Shown here: one piece after another, positions 9,081 to 20,123 of the stretch
Numbering within the stretch: the stretch's first letter is position 1
Layout of the letters: every line of letters begins with the position of its first letter
Made by a program: the position numbers and the translations under genes
Notes under the pieces: model-generated
The model's database searches: none
What the model was told of the DNA's origin: nothing
Seen by the model: only the letters and a program-made list of their open reading frames with translations
Assembly (NCBI GenBank): GCA_035656295.1
Contig: DASRSU010000025.1
Coordinates: 150,132 to 214,131 of the forward strand
Origin: Candidatus Bathyarchaeia archaeon
GTDB taxonomy: Archaea; Thermoproteota; Bathyarchaeia; 40CM-2-53-6
Length of the DNA stretch: 64,000 nucleotides
Direction of reading: 5' to 3'

Positions 9081-10118
9081 TTGCAGGCGTTGATACTTGC
9101 TGGAGGCTTTGCAACGCGGTTACGACCCCTGAGCTGTTCAAAGCCGAAGCTGCTGTTTCCGATCCTGGGTCGTCCTTTGATTGACCATATGATTGACTGG
9201 CTCAACAGAGATGGGGTAGACCAATTGATTTTAGCGGTGAACCATTTGGCGGATAGGCTGAACATTGAACTCGGATCGCGCAGACTAGGTTCGAAGATCA
9301 TATTCTCAGTGGAGAGAACTCCGCTTGGAACCGGAGGCCCGCTAAAGTTGGCGTCTAGACTGTTAGCTTCGAACGCACCGTTAGTAGTTGTGAACGGTGA
9401 CATTGTAAGCGACATCGACTTGCGGAGCGTCCTTAACGTTCACACAGAATCAGGCGCAGAAGCCACCGTAGCTCTCGTACGCGTCCGAGACCCGAAAGCC
9501 TACGGAAGAGCAACCCTTGACGACAAAGATAGAATAGTCAATTTCCGAGAAAAAACAAGCAAGCCGACTCGACCGGCATGGGTCAACGCTGGCGTATACG
9601 TTCTAGAACCCAAAGTCATCAACCGTCTTCCCACCGGCCCAGTAAGCCTCGAGAGACACGTTTTCCCCAGCATCGCCTCAAGAATGAAGATGCAAGGCTG
9701 GAAGCATCGAGGTTACTGGTACGACGTCGGTAAGATCTCCGACTATGTACGTTGTAATCGCGAACTTCTCGCAGACCCGCAACGTCAATCCTTAGCCCGA
9801 AGCGGAAGTGCAAAAACACGAAAGGCCAGAAAACTCTCCCATGTCAGCAAGGGTTGCATTATCAGCGACACCGCCATGCTAGGGCCTTACACGATCCTTT
9901 CGGAAAACGTCCGAGTAGCTCCCCACGCTGCATTGGACAGGACGATCGTATTCGAGCAGACCACAATTGGGAGTAATAGCCGCGTTACCGGCTCTTTGAT
10001 CGGCGAGAACGTCAAAGTCGGAAGAGCAACTCGGATAGGCGCGGGCTCGATCGTTGCCGGGCACGTTACAATTCCCGACCAGACTGTAATAAGACCGGGA
10101 TCAGTAGTTCTCAACTAG
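9081..10118 (+). CDS. sugar-1-phosphate nucleotidyltransferase with C-terminal left-handed beta-helix domain (TTG start)
   Basis: ALILAGGFATRLRPLSCSKPKLLFPILGRPLIDH pyrophosphorylase signature. C-terminal hexapeptide-repeat region (IGSNSRVTGSLIGENVKVG...). 345 aa. Confidence 0.8.
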   Translation: MQALILAGGFATRLRPLSCSKPKLLFPILGRPLIDHMIDWLNRDGVDQLILAVNHLADRLNIELGSRRLGSKIIFSVERTPLGTGGPLKLASRLLASNAPLVVVNGDIVSDIDLRSVLNVHTESGAEATVALVRVRDPKAYGRATLDDKDRIVNFREKTSKPTRPAWVNAGVYVLEPKVINRLPTGPVSLERHVFPSIASRMKMQGWKHRGYWYDVGKISDYVRCNRELLADPQRQSLARSGSAKTRKARKLSHVSKGCIISDTAMLGPYTILSENVRVAPHAALDRTIVFEQTTIGSNSRVTGSLIGENVKVGRATRIGAGSIVAGHVTIPDQTVIRPGSVVLN

Positions 10119-10128
10119 CACAGTTGGA

Positions 10129-11493
10129 ATGGGTTATGTATTGAGGGCTTCACGGCTATTCGGTACAAACGGAATAAGAGGAGTGGTCGGAAAGACTCTG
10201 ACCGTTGACCTCGCATATCGCGTAGGATCCAGCATTGGCGTATTGTATCCAAGACAGCGCGTGATGGTAGGGCGGGACGGCAGATCCTCGAGTCTCATGC
10301 TAATGCAGGGTCTGATCGGTGCCTTGCTTGCTCAAGGCAACATCGTCGAAGATTGTGGCCTCATAACAACTCCTGGACTCCAGTTTCTCGTCAGGCATAG
10401 CGCAGCCGCGGCAGCAGTGATGGTCACCGCAAGCCACAATCCTCCCGAGTACAATGGATTCAAGGTCATACATTCTGACGGGATAGAACTCGATCCTCGT
10501 AGGCAAGCGATGGTTGAGAAATTAGTGGACAGAAACCAGTGGAGGATCAACCGGCACCCCGGACAAAAGCTTACGCGAGCGCACCCCTTGGAGCCATACT
10601 TTGCTCAACTGGAAACCCTCGTAAAGAACCGACACGTCGCGAGGAGTTACCGGATCGTGGTAGACGTGGGAAATGGTGTAGCCGCACTCACCACTCCCGT
10701 ACTGCTTCGAAGGGTGGGTTGCCACGTGGTCACGTTGAATGATAATATCGATGGCAGGTTTTCCGGGCGACTATCAGAACCTAGACCGGAAAACCTCTCC
10801 GCATTAGCAGCTCTTGTAAAGTCGGAGAAGGCAGACTTCGGTGTTGCGCACGACGGTGACGGTGACCGCGCGGTGTTTGTTGACGAGACCGGATTCGTTC
10901 ATTCCGGCGATCGTAGCCTCGCTCTGATAGAGGATGAGGTGCTGAAGGATAACCGAGGCGGCAAACTTGTCACGCCGGTCAACTCATCCATGGCTCTCTC
11001 AGAGATTGCGAAGAAGAGGCATGGAAAGATCGTTCTAACAAGAGTCGGCAGCATAGAGGTTTCGAGGACAATGGTAAGAGAAAAAGCGATACTCGGTGGA
11101 GAAGAGAACGGCGGAATCTTCTATTCTCCGCACCATCCAGTCCGCGATGGAACCATGGCGACAATCCTCGTGTTAAACGCCTTAACTGATGCTCGAGTTC
11201 CTTTGTCCAAGTTGATGGCACGCCTTCCCCGCTTTTTCATGGTCAAAGAAAAGATTCCTTGTCTTGACAGGGAAAAGGACTCGGCTATGGCAAGGCTCAG
11301 GCAGAAGCTCGGCAGGAGAATCTCGAATACTGTTGACGGAGTAAAGGTCGATCTGCCCGGAGGATGGTTGCTTGTTAGACCCAGTGGGACAGAGCCACTA
11401 GTCAGAATGTATGTCGAAGCGAGCACCGAGGAAGAATTAGGCGCAATAATCGCCGAGTTCAGACCGCTTGTCTTGGATTCGATCAAACATTAG
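10129..11493 (+). CDS. phosphohexomutase (phosphoglucosamine mutase / phosphomannomutase family)
   Basis: Active-site serine loop TASHNPPEYNGFK. Metal-binding loop DGDGDR. 454 aa. Follows the nucleotidyltransferase, giving a sugar-nucleotide precursor pair. Confidence 0.85.
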   Translation: MGYVLRASRLFGTNGIRGVVGKTLTVDLAYRVGSSIGVLYPRQRVMVGRDGRSSSLMLMQGLIGALLAQGNIVEDCGLITTPGLQFLVRHSAAAAAVMVTASHNPPEYNGFKVIHSDGIELDPRRQAMVEKLVDRNQWRINRHPGQKLTRAHPLEPYFAQLETLVKNRHVARSYRIVVDVGNGVAALTTPVLLRRVGCHVVTLNDNIDGRFSGRLSEPRPENLSALAALVKSEKADFGVAHDGDGDRAVFVDETGFVHSGDRSLALIEDEVLKDNRGGKLVTPVNSSMALSEIAKKRHGKIVLTRVGSIEVSRTMVREKAILGGEENGGIFYSPHHPVRDGTMATILVLNALTDARVPLSKLMARLPRFFMVKEKIPCLDREKDSAMARLRQKLGRRISNTVDGVKVDLPGGWLLVRPSGTEPLVRMYVEASTEEELGAIIAEFRPLVLDSIKH

Positions 11494-11509
11494 CGAGTGC
11501 TTGTCTACG

Positions 11510-11842
11510 TCATCCGTAGGATTTAGCCAGTTTCCGGATCTCCTGCTCGATAACGTCTAGCTCACTCTGTTTTGATTCGAGCGACACACCGACTATCATA
11601 CAAAACCAAGTAGCCATCTCCTTTGAGTTCGAGAAGACGAAAACATTGCCGTCGTTGGTTGTGACTGTCCAACCGTTCTCGACTTGTTCGATCTTGAACG
11701 CTGCCCGGATACTTCTTACCGTTGCTTGTTTGTCCAACGCATATCCCTGAGCTTCGACGTTCGGCCCTGGGGCCTCTTCAAGAGAAGAGGCGGTTACCCT
11801 ACATTTGAGACTCGTGTTCCCGCGGTCATCTTTCGATAGCAC
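11510..11842 (-). CDS. hypothetical protein
   Basis: 110 aa ORF with no recognisable motif. Coding-like composition. Confidence 0.35.
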   Translation of the reverse strand: MLSKDDRGNTSLKCRVTASSLEEAPGPNVEAQGYALDKQATVRSIRAAFKIEQVENGWTVTTNDGNVFVFSNSKEMATWFCMIVGVSLESKQSELDVIEQEIRKLAKSYG

Positions 11843-12068
11843 TCGTGCGGCTGGCAGGCAGTCTCTAATCCATGTTTGTCTTCCTACTTTTTTACCGTAA
11901 CTGAGTTTAATAGGTGAGTGTTGCCTTGTCTATACGCGTATTTTAGTACCAATTTCCGTAGTTAGAGATAATCTAGACTAACATTCATGTCAACTGTCTC
12001 TCAAGTTAGTTCACGCGTTCCGCTCATATTTGACATGTTCAAGTTCGATAGTGTAATAACCTTGTTAC

Positions 12069-12078
12069 CTAAAAAAGG
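12069..12078 (+). promoter_or_regulatory. A-rich TATA-like box about 30 nt upstream of the 12099/12105 start (putative archaeal promoter, leaderless transcript)
   Basis: The sequence ttacctaaaaaaggtac sits in a 250 bp AT-rich intergenic region. Its spacing is consistent with an archaeal TATA box at about -26/-30. Confidence 0.25.
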
Positions 12079-12098
12079 TACTTTCTATCAGGAATAAA

Positions 12099-12788
12099 GT
12101 GAAAATGCTCAAACAAGAACAGCCCACGATAACCGCACAAAGTGGCGCGGAGATAAGTTACGAAGGCAGCGGCGTAGAAAAGCATAGACTCGTTATCGTC
12201 TGCGTGCGCGGTAATGTAAGCGTAAGAGAGACGATGAGGTCAATTCTACGAGACTCTCTGGACCCGTCAGGACTCCTTCCGGTCTACCTGTTAGGGCCGA
12301 CAGCCCCTGAGGATCTCCCGAGCCAAGAGACCGACAAAGTTGCATGGATAACTTTTGTCGACGGAACTTCTTGCACGCATCCTTCTCCCGGAGTTGAGAT
12401 AATTTCTCCTGACAACCTTCTCGAGGTCAACCTGTTCATAGAGAAAGCGGTTCAAGCCGCCAACAGTCACGTTCTGGTTGGCGACTTTCTTGACAACGTA
12501 ATAAAAACCGCAGGGTCCCCTGAGAGCTTCTATTCGTTCTTCTGCCAACTCGCATCTAGGGTCAAGATGAGAAAGAGAACGGCAATCCTTGTCATCAAGG
12601 AAGACATTCACGATCGCGCAATCGTGGAAATCGTCAAGAGATTCGCCGACGTCGTTGTAGAAGTTCGGGACCGAGAAAACGAAGGGTCGTTGAAAGTCGA
12701 AATGAGAACTCTTAACTTCGCCGACAATGTCTACACGTCATGGCGCCCGTTCTCTGAAGCGTTACGCCCCTTAGCAATCAACTGCTAG
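12099..12788 (+). CDS. hypothetical protein with a degenerate RecA/KaiC-like fold (no Walker A)
   Basis: 229 aa. The central region (LVGDFLDNVIKTAG...TAILVIKEDIHD) resembles RecA-superfamily strand topology but has no P-loop. GTG start, with an ATG at 12105. Confidence 0.4.
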   Translation: MKMLKQEQPTITAQSGAEISYEGSGVEKHRLVIVCVRGNVSVRETMRSILRDSLDPSGLLPVYLLGPTAPEDLPSQETDKVAWITFVDGTSCTHPSPGVEIISPDNLLEVNLFIEKAVQAANSHVLVGDFLDNVIKTAGSPESFYSFFCQLASRVKMRKRTAILVIKEDIHDRAIVEIVKRFADVVVEVRDRENEGSLKVEMRTLNFADNVYTSWRPFSEALRPLAINC

Positions 12789-12828
12789 ATTCTTAAGCCA
12801 AAACCTAGCAGGCATCGGGCCTGCAACC

Positions 12829-13554
12829 TTGCACGTTCTCCAGTACAAGCGCGTTGCATCAACAAACACGACGGCGCGCCGTCACGCTGAAAACGGAAAA
12901 CCCGAGTGGACTGTTGTCGTTTCAGGCAGTCAGAGTAATGGTCGAGGAAGACAAGGTGCGACTTGGCAGTCTCCTCGCGGAGGGTTATGGTTCACGATAA
13001 TCCTCCGACCCATCATCCCAACTGAAAGCGCGCCAACAATACAATTCCTCGCTGGAAATGGGCTCCTCAACGGCATCAGAGCAGTCACCGGCCTAGCACC
13101 TCGAGTCAAATGGCCGAACGACATACTCGTTGACTCGAAAAAACTTGCTGGGATTCTCGTAGAGACCAAAACAAGTAGCGCTCATATCGAATACGCGCTC
13201 ATTGGGATAGGTCTAAACCTGAATCTTGCTTCCAACCAAATACCCTCAGGGGCAATATCTACCCACATGCTGCTTCTAAGAAAACTCGACCCTAAACACG
13301 TTTTGAAAAAAATTCTGCAATCAATCCAGTCAGAATGTGACCAACCATTCAACCCTGAAAGGATCATGGCTCAATGGTGGAAAAACTGTATTCACAGAGA
13401 CAAACTGGTTACAATAAAAAGAGGCAAGACAAGCCTTAGCGGGCGCAACAGTGCGATAGACAATCAAGGACGCTTAATTCTCGACAAACCTTCGAGAAAG
13501 CCAATCCTGGTGTCTGAAGGCAGTCTGCAGCTGTCATCAACTCCCACAACGTGA
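12829..13554 (+). CDS. birA: biotin--[acetyl-CoA-carboxylase] ligase
   Basis: QSNGRGRQGATWQSPRGGLWFT is the canonical biotin-protein-ligase GRGRxGxxW motif. 241 aa. Immediately upstream of the carboxylase genes. Confidence 0.8.
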   Translation: MHVLQYKRVASTNTTARRHAENGKPEWTVVVSGSQSNGRGRQGATWQSPRGGLWFTIILRPIIPTESAPTIQFLAGNGLLNGIRAVTGLAPRVKWPNDILVDSKKLAGILVETKTSSAHIEYALIGIGLNLNLASNQIPSGAISTHMLLLRKLDPKHVLKKILQSIQSECDQPFNPERIMAQWWKNCIHRDKLVTIKRGKTSLSGRNSAIDNQGRLILDKPSRKPILVSEGSLQLSSTPTT

Positions 13555-13593
13555 CCCTGCTTTTATACAAGAATTACCTGGCCCGCGACAATC

Positions 13594-15141
13594 ATGAAAA
13601 TGCCGGAACTAATCAAGGAACTGAGTCAGCTCAAAGATGAGTCGCTGCGTGGCGGAGGCACAGACAAAATCCAACAACAGCACTCCAAAGGAAAACTCAC
13701 GGCCAGAGAGAGAATAGATACGCTCGTTGACCCTGGAAGCTTCGTAGAAATAGACCGTTACGCCGTCCATCAAACCACCGACTTTGATATGGCGGACAAG
13801 AAGATCCTCGGGGACGGTGTCGTAACAGGTCACGCGACAATCCAGGGAAGGAAGGTCTACCTCTTCTCGCATGATTTCACAGTGTTCGGAGGATCTCTAG
13901 GCGAAACATTCGCTAGGAAAATAACGAAGGTAATGGATTTGGCGCTGAAAACTGGTTTCCCGGTGATAGGCCTCAACGACTCCGGAGGCGCACGGATCCA
14001 GGAAGGCGTCGTAAGTCTGGGAGGATATGCCGAGATCTTCTTCAGAAATGTTCTTGCTTCTGGGGTAATTCCTCAAATTTCAGCAGTCATGGGCCCCTGC
14101 GCGGGAGGGGCGGTCTATTCTCCGGCAATGACGGACTTCACTATCATGGTGGACAAGACTAGTTACATGTTCATTACAGGCCCCGATGTCATCAAAGTGG
14201 TTCTCAACCAGGACGTGACCTTCGAAGAACTCGGAGGAGCGAGGCTGCACAACACTAGGAGTGGAGTTGCTCACCTTTTTGCTCGCGATGAGGAGGAATG
14301 CTTCCAACATATACGGAGACTCCTGAGCTATCTGCCATCGAACAACATGGAAGACCCCCCCGTAGAAAAACCAAGGCCTGCCGCAGGCACGACTGAAGAA
14401 CTCGACCGGATCTTACCAGACGATCCCGACAAGCCCTACGACATGACCGAGATCATTCGGAGAATCGTCGATGGTGGAGATCTTTTCGAGATACAACCTG
14501 ACTACGCGAAGAACATTATTGTGGGCTTTGCAAGACTCAACGGTTACTCGATAGGAATCGTCGCAAACCAGCCCAAGATAGGCGCAGGAGTAATCGACAT
14601 CAACTCATCTGTGAAAGCCGCGCGGTTCGTCAGAACCTGCGACGTGTACAACATCCCGATACTCACATTTGTAGACGTACCAGGATTTCTCCCAGGGATC
14701 GACCAAGAGCACGACGGGATAATACGCCATGGCTCTAAGCTGCTATTCGCCTACTGTGAAGCTACAGTTCCAAAACTGACTTTGATAGTCAGAAAGGCTT
14801 ACGGCGGCGCATACGACGTACTTGGCAGCAAACACATCCGCGCAGACGTGAATTTAGCGTGGCCGTCCGCTGAAATTGCAGTGATGGGTCCCGAAGGAGC
14901 GATCAACATCATTTTCAGGGATGAAATCGCTGAGGCTAGTGACAAGGATTCTACGAGACAAAAGCTAGTCGAGGATTACAAGAGAAAGTTTGCCAACCCC
15001 TTCGTTGCCGCAGGTCGAGGCTATATTGATGACGTCATCCAGCCGAGAGACACTAGAGAAATCCTCATCAAACATCTCGACTCTATCAGGACAAAAAGGG
15101 AAGCGCGTCCCCCGAAAAAGCACGGCAATATACCCCTATAG
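13594..15141 (+). CDS. pccB: acyl-CoA carboxylase carboxyltransferase subunit (propionyl/acetyl-CoA carboxylase beta)
   Basis: 515 aa. Typical PccB/AccD blocks ([31 protein letters not shown]). Confidence 0.9.
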   Translation: MKMPELIKELSQLKDESLRGGGTDKIQQQHSKGKLTARERIDTLVDPGSFVEIDRYAVHQTTDFDMADKKILGDGVVTGHATIQGRKVYLFSHDFTVFGGSLGETFARKITKVMDLALKTGFPVIGLNDSGGARIQEGVVSLGGYAEIFFRNVLASGVIPQISAVMGPCAGGAVYSPAMTDFTIMVDKTSYMFITGPDVIKVVLNQDVTFEELGGARLHNTRSGVAHLFARDEEECFQHIRRLLSYLPSNNMEDPPVEKPRPAAGTTEELDRILPDDPDKPYDMTEIIRRIVDGGDLFEIQPDYAKNIIVGFARLNGYSIGIVANQPKIGAGVIDINSSVKAARFVRTCDVYNIPILTFVDVPGFLPGIDQEHDGIIRHGSKLLFAYCEATVPKLTLIVRKAYGGAYDVLGSKHIRADVNLAWPSAEIAVMGPEGAINIIFRDEIAEASDKDSTRQKLVEDYKRKFANPFVAAGRGYIDDVIQPRDTREILIKHLDSIRTKREARPPKKHGNIPL

Positions 15142-15154
15142 TTCGGGCAACCCC

Positions 15155-16666
15155 ATGTTCCGGAAGATTCTGATAGCCAACCGTGGAGAGATAGCTGTCA
15201 GAATCATTAGAACATGTAAGAGACTCAACATCAAGACCGTCGCAGTCTACTCCGAACCAGACCTAGGATCACTTCACGTAACAATGGCGAACGAGGCCTA
15301 TCCGATCGGCCCCGGAGAGCCCGTTGAAAGCTACCTAAACATATCTCGCATTGTAAGGGTCGCACAGAAGTCGAAGGCGGAAGCTGTCCACCCCGGATAT
15401 GGATTTCTGGCCGAAAACGCGGACTTTGCCAAAGCTCTTGAAGAGGCACACATGTCGTTCGTCGGTCCCTCTAGTCGAATTCTGGGAAGGATTGCCAACA
15501 AGTTAGAGTCGAAGAAGGAGGCACTGGACGCTGGAATTCAGCCAATACCTGGATCGAAAAATCAAACTACCACCGGCGAAGAGGCCGAAGAAGAAGCGGA
15601 AAAGATCGGCTTCCCAGTTCTCCTCAAAGCCGCTTACGGTGGTGGCGGAAGAGGGATGCGTGTCGTTAAGAATCCTAGAGAGATGAAGAAGACTTTTGAG
15701 ATTGCATCTTCGGAGGCGCGGACTGCTTTCGGCCATCCCGAACTTTATGTCGAAAAATATCTCAACGATCCTAGACACATCGAAGTCCAAGTTATTGCGG
15801 GCCGCCGAGGACGGATCGTGCATCTAGGAGAGAGGGAATGCTCGCTCCAGAGAAGACACCAGAAAATCCTCGAGGAAACGCCATCCCCGGCATTGACACC
15901 CAAGACGAGAGAGGAACTGGCAAAAAAAGCAGTCAAGCTTGCCAAAGCAAGCAAGTACGAAAATGCGGGAACTTTCGAATTTGTGAGGTCTAGAACAGGT
16001 GAATTCTATTATCTTGAGACGAACAAGAGGATTCAGGTCGAGCATCTGATAACGGAGATGGTTACAGGTGTCGACATTGTCGAAGAACAGCTGAGGATAG
16101 CTAGCGGGGACAGTTTCGACCTTTCACAGAACGAGATAGCTTTCACGGGGACCGCCATGAACTGTAGAATAAACGCGGAAGACCCAGAAAATCAGTTCAT
16201 ACCATCCCCTGGACACATCGCCAAGTTCATTCCACCAGCGGGACCAGGCGTTAGGGTCGATACAGGGCTCTATGATGGTGCCGTGGTCCCCCAATACTAT
16301 GATTCGCTCGTGGCGAAGATCGCAACTCAAGGACGCAGCCGGATCGAAGCCATCGATAGAATGAAAATCGCGCTTGCGGAGACTGTAATTGACGGAGTCA
16401 AAACGACCCTTCCGCTTCAACAGAACCTAATCGAAGCCCCCGAGTTCGTGAAGGGACACTTCGGTACGCAGTGGCTCGACAAGTTTCAGGCTAGATTGCA
16501 CTACAAATCGCCACCGTCGGAAGACGAAGCTGCGCTGATATTCCTCGCATTAACCGCCAGGAAGTTCGACACAGTCAAGCCAACAGAACGACAGGGGTTC
16601 GGGAACAAGTGGAGAGTAACCCCTCCCGCCGAATCACTTCGACCGGCGCTCTTTGTAGAGGTCTGA
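15155..16666 (+). CDS. accC: biotin carboxylase subunit of acetyl/propionyl-CoA carboxylase
   Basis: Starts at the internal ATG (MFRKILIANRGEIAVRIIRTC). The track ORF 14990-16666 overlaps pccB by 150 nt, and pccB stops at 15141. ATP-grasp motifs are present (PVLLKAAYGGGGRGMRVV). Confidence 0.9.
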   Translation: MFRKILIANRGEIAVRIIRTCKRLNIKTVAVYSEPDLGSLHVTMANEAYPIGPGEPVESYLNISRIVRVAQKSKAEAVHPGYGFLAENADFAKALEEAHMSFVGPSSRILGRIANKLESKKEALDAGIQPIPGSKNQTTTGEEAEEEAEKIGFPVLLKAAYGGGGRGMRVVKNPREMKKTFEIASSEARTAFGHPELYVEKYLNDPRHIEVQVIAGRRGRIVHLGERECSLQRRHQKILEETPSPALTPKTREELAKKAVKLAKASKYENAGTFEFVRSRTGEFYYLETNKRIQVEHLITEMVTGVDIVEEQLRIASGDSFDLSQNEIAFTGTAMNCRINAEDPENQFIPSPGHIAKFIPPAGPGVRVDTGLYDGAVVPQYYDSLVAKIATQGRSRIEAIDRMKIALAETVIDGVKTTLPLQQNLIEAPEFVKGHFGTQWLDKFQARLHYKSPPSEDEAALIFLALTARKFDTVKPTERQGFGNKWRVTPPAESLRPALFVEV

Positions 16667-16705
16667 GACCGACTCTTGCCACACCTGAACATAGATCGCA
16701 CAATT

Positions 16706-17188
16706 ATGACTGTAGAACAAGTCGAGAGATCAGGTTCCATTGTAAAAGTGAAGGTCAACGGTAGGCTCGTGACCGTTGAGGTGCTCAGCGAGTCTACTGG
16801 TGGGAGGGACGCTTTCGTCGGGAAAGTCGGAAACCGCGTGTACGCAGTCGAGCGAGCCAGCTTGGTTGAGCATGATGTACAGGCGGTACTGATAAACCGT
16901 AGACACTTTAGCGTCAGACTAGAAAGAAAAGATCTTAGGGATCGACCACGGGACGTACAGCCAATTGACGAGGGACCATTTCTAGTGACGGCTCCGATGA
17001 GTGGAAGAATCACGTCTGTGAATAAGCAAGCCGGCGCCAATGTCGAATCCTCGGAGTCCGTGTTGGTTCTTGAAGCGATGAAGATGGAGAACGATGTAGC
17101 TTCTCCAAGGAAAGGTGTAGTCCGAGAGGTCTACATACGACCGGGAGCGCTCGTCAAGGCCGGAGATAAGCTGCTGCTTATCGACTAA
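16706..17188 (+). CDS. accB: biotin carboxyl carrier protein
   Basis: C-terminal biotinyl-domain motif LEAMKMENDV. ATG at 16706, with an alternative TTG at 16676. Confidence 0.8.
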   Translation: MTVEQVERSGSIVKVKVNGRLVTVEVLSESTGGRDAFVGKVGNRVYAVERASLVEHDVQAVLINRRHFSVRLERKDLRDRPRDVQPIDEGPFLVTAPMSGRITSVNKQAGANVESSESVLVLEAMKMENDVASPRKGVVREVYIRPGALVKAGDKLLLID

Positions 17189-17243
17189 CCATTCCTATGA
17201 CATTCCAACCTGGGTGAGATTTGATCCAATTCAACGTGGGACC

Positions 17244-19232
17244 TTAGTCTCTTTGAAGACTAGACTGCAACTTCTGATAAAAGTCGAGAGACTCTGGATT
17301 TACCAAGACGGCACGGTTTGTCACCGGCCTATTATTCAGTATGTTCGATACAGCCACTTCCACCTTTTTCATATTGAACGTATAGGGAATATCCGGGACT
17401 TCCAATATTAGTGCGGGAACGTGTTTTGGTGAGGCTTCCTCTCGCAATGCCTTCCGAATCTTCTCTCTCAGCGCTTCTGTAACATGCTGATTCTGGACTG
17501 GTTTGACGAAGAGTATGATTCGTTGGTCGTCTTTCCAGTTTTGACCAATTGCGAGGCTGTCTTCGATCTCAGGTATCTTCTCGACCACGTTGTAAATCTC
17601 TGAGGTGCCGATTCGGACGCCTGAGGCTTTGATGACCGCGTCTGAACGACCGTAGAACGTGATTCCGCCAGTATTGCTGTGGAAAACAACAAAGTCGCCG
17701 TGCCTCCAGACATTCTTTCCTACCGATTGATAGTAGCCGAAGTATGCTTCCTTGTACCTTTCGTTTTGAGGATCATTCCAGAAGTATAGTGGCATTGAAG
17801 GAGCTGGAGCCTCGCAGACAAGCTCTCCCATCTGATCCCTTACAGAATTGCCGTTTTCATCGTAAGCTTTGATCTTCATTCCAAGCCCAGGAGCCTGAAG
17901 CTCACCGGCGTGGACGGGAAGAATGGGAACTCCACCTGCAAAACAGCCATTGATGTCAGTTCCGCCGGAGATAGAGTTGAGATGCAAGTCGTCCTTGACC
18001 TCACGGTACACCCATTCGAACCCATCTGACGACAGGGGTGAGCCAGTTTGAGAGATTTCCCGCAATGATGACAAGTCGTGGACGGTGCCTGGTCTGACCC
18101 CGAGACTTTTGAGATAGTTGATGTAGCTAGCGCTACACCCGAATACTGTTACCTTCTCATCTTGCACGACTCTCCACATAGTTTTCCAGTCCGGATGGTT
18201 TGGATTGCCGTCGTACAATACAACAGAGGCTCCCGTAGCAAGGCAGGACATTAGCCAGTTCCACATCATCCAGCTTGGAGACGTAATGTAGGTGACTCGA
18301 TCAGTATTCTTCAAGTCAGCGTGTAAAATGATCTCTTTGAGCTGGTTCGCCAGAAGTCCTGCTGCTCCCTGAACCATGCACTTCGGCTTGCCTGTTGTTC
18401 CCGAAGAAAACATGATGTACACTGGATGATCCGCGGGGAGTTGTTCGAACCTAATGTCTGACTCTTTTTCTTGGCGCACTAGTTCATCAAAGTCAAGAGA
18501 ATTCGGAATGCGGCCGGTTCGTGTTCCCTCTTGGCGGACGATGATTGTCTTCTCAATGGATGGGACTTTGGAAAGTTTCTCGACGTTGGAGAGAATATCG
18601 AAAGTTCGCCCCTTGTACTGGTATCCATCAACTGCAAACAACAGTTTTGGCGTTATCTGTCCTATCCTGTCGAGTGCTGCACCTGGGCCTATCTCTGCAC
18701 CACAACATCCCCAAAGCGCGCCGATACTGGTCGTCGCCAGCATTGCCACTGTGGCCTCTGGGATGTTAGACATGTAGCCTACTACTCGATCCCCGGCCCG
18801 GACGCCCATCCTTCTCATGGAACGTGCAAGGCCTGCTACCTTCGAGAACAGTTCAGCATGAGTTAGCTGGGACCTGTCTCCACGTTCAGACCTTGAGATC
18901 AGAGCGGCTTTCGCGTCTCTATGTCTGAGGAGATTATCGGCGAAATTGAGTCTCGCTCCAGGAAACCACTTTGCGCCAGGAAACTTGACGAGGTCGTCGA
19001 CCACCTTATCGTAAGGCCGAGAGGCGATGATTCCTGTGTACTCCCAAATCGCGGACCAGAAATCTGAGACTTTCTCAATAGACCAGTTGTATAATTCAGA
19101 ATATTGTTTGAATTTCAGACCATGCTTCTTGTTGACGAACTCGACAAACCGGGTTATGTTTGAGTCTCTAATCTGTTTCTGTGAAGGTGTCCACAGAGTG
19201 GTAGGCCCGTCTGGTCCGTCCTGCTTGTTCAC
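17244..19232 (-). CDS. AMP-forming acyl-CoA synthetase, acetoacetyl-CoA synthetase-like
   Basis: 662 aa. The N-terminus (TLWTPSQKQIRDSNITRFVEFVNKKHGLKFKQYSELYNWSIEKVSDFW) is characteristic of acetoacetate-CoA ligases. AMP-binding motifs are present (SSGTTGKPK). Confidence 0.85.
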   Translation of the reverse strand: MNKQDGPDGPTTLWTPSQKQIRDSNITRFVEFVNKKHGLKFKQYSELYNWSIEKVSDFWSAIWEYTGIIASRPYDKVVDDLVKFPGAKWFPGARLNFADNLLRHRDAKAALISRSERGDRSQLTHAELFSKVAGLARSMRRMGVRAGDRVVGYMSNIPEATVAMLATTSIGALWGCCGAEIGPGAALDRIGQITPKLLFAVDGYQYKGRTFDILSNVEKLSKVPSIEKTIIVRQEGTRTGRIPNSLDFDELVRQEKESDIRFEQLPADHPVYIMFSSGTTGKPKCMVQGAAGLLANQLKEIILHADLKNTDRVTYITSPSWMMWNWLMSCLATGASVVLYDGNPNHPDWKTMWRVVQDEKVTVFGCSASYINYLKSLGVRPGTVHDLSSLREISQTGSPLSSDGFEWVYREVKDDLHLNSISGGTDINGCFAGGVPILPVHAGELQAPGLGMKIKAYDENGNSVRDQMGELVCEAPAPSMPLYFWNDPQNERYKEAYFGYYQSVGKNVWRHGDFVVFHSNTGGITFYGRSDAVIKASGVRIGTSEIYNVVEKIPEIEDSLAIGQNWKDDQRIILFVKPVQNQHVTEALREKIRKALREEASPKHVPALILEVPDIPYTFNMKKVEVAVSNILNNRPVTNRAVLVNPESLDFYQKLQSSLQRD

Positions 19233-19311
19233 ATGACGCTTCTTGGATCGGTGATTGATAACCGCTTGGTCGAATGAGGCGACCTTAGGAGATCGGACAC
19301 TTTAGAATGTC

Positions 19312-20121
19312 TTGCTCGCTTCAATCAACCAGGCTGAGCAGATGCGAAAAAATTGCATTCGAGATGGAGAGCTTATAGCCTTTCAGCGCTCGCAAGTCAG
19401 AACCAGCTTGACAGTACTAGACGTTCGATTGTTGTCGGATGGTTACTTCACTCTGGACAAGAGCTTCCTGGTCTTCGGGAAATATCAAGGAGTAAAGTAC
19501 AAGGCCGCGCTTAAACCTCTCTTGGTTCAGACCGAGAAAGAAAAAATAATCATTGACACGGGTGTAGGGACGCTCCCTGCGAAATACAAAGGTTTCCACG
19601 AGGTCATAAGAGGCAGGGATGAACAGCTCAGATTGTCGCTCAAGCAGGCTGGAGTGGAGCCTGACGAAGTTACTCTAGTCATCAATACTCACCTTCATTT
19701 TGATCACTGTGGGAACAATGCATTGTTTCCCAGTTCTAAGTTTCTAGTTCAAACGGATGAGGTTCGTTACGCGTATTTTCCGGACAGATTCATGAGAGTT
19801 AGCTATCTTCGCGAGTTTTTCGACACTGGAGGGGAGTTCTTGCCTGTCCGTGGAAGGTATACGGTCGAGGATGGAGTCGATCTTCTTCCTACGCCGGGAC
19901 ACACGATCGGGCATCAGTCAGTCCTAGTGAGGTGGAAGGGTCGTAATGTGGTCTATGCGGGAGACGCGGCTCCTCTACCGGAGAACATTGAACGGAGAAA
20001 CATAACGGGGATGATTTACAATGGTGCGCAAGCCCTTGAGTCCATTGACGCTCTTCGGAGAATCGAAAACCCTCTATTCATCTATAGCCATGACAATGAG
20101 CAATTGAAACTTGGGACATGA
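19312..20121 (+). CDS. MBL-fold metallo-hydrolase (lactonase-like)
   Basis: HLHFDHCGN metal-binding motif. 269 aa. Confidence 0.7.
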   Translation: MLASINQAEQMRKNCIRDGELIAFQRSQVRTSLTVLDVRLLSDGYFTLDKSFLVFGKYQGVKYKAALKPLLVQTEKEKIIIDTGVGTLPAKYKGFHEVIRGRDEQLRLSLKQAGVEPDEVTLVINTHLHFDHCGNNALFPSSKFLVQTDEVRYAYFPDRFMRVSYLREFFDTGGEFLPVRGRYTVEDGVDLLPTPGHTIGHQSVLVRWKGRNVVYAGDAAPLPENIERRNITGMIYNGAQALESIDALRRIENPLFIYSHDNEQLKLGT

Positions 20122-20123
20122 TG

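Noticed and set aside
14990-15154. N-terminal 55 aa extension of accC overlapping pccB by 150 nt
   Set aside because: The conserved biotin-carboxylase N-terminus (MFRKILIANRGEIA) begins at the internal ATG at 15155, right after the pccB stop.
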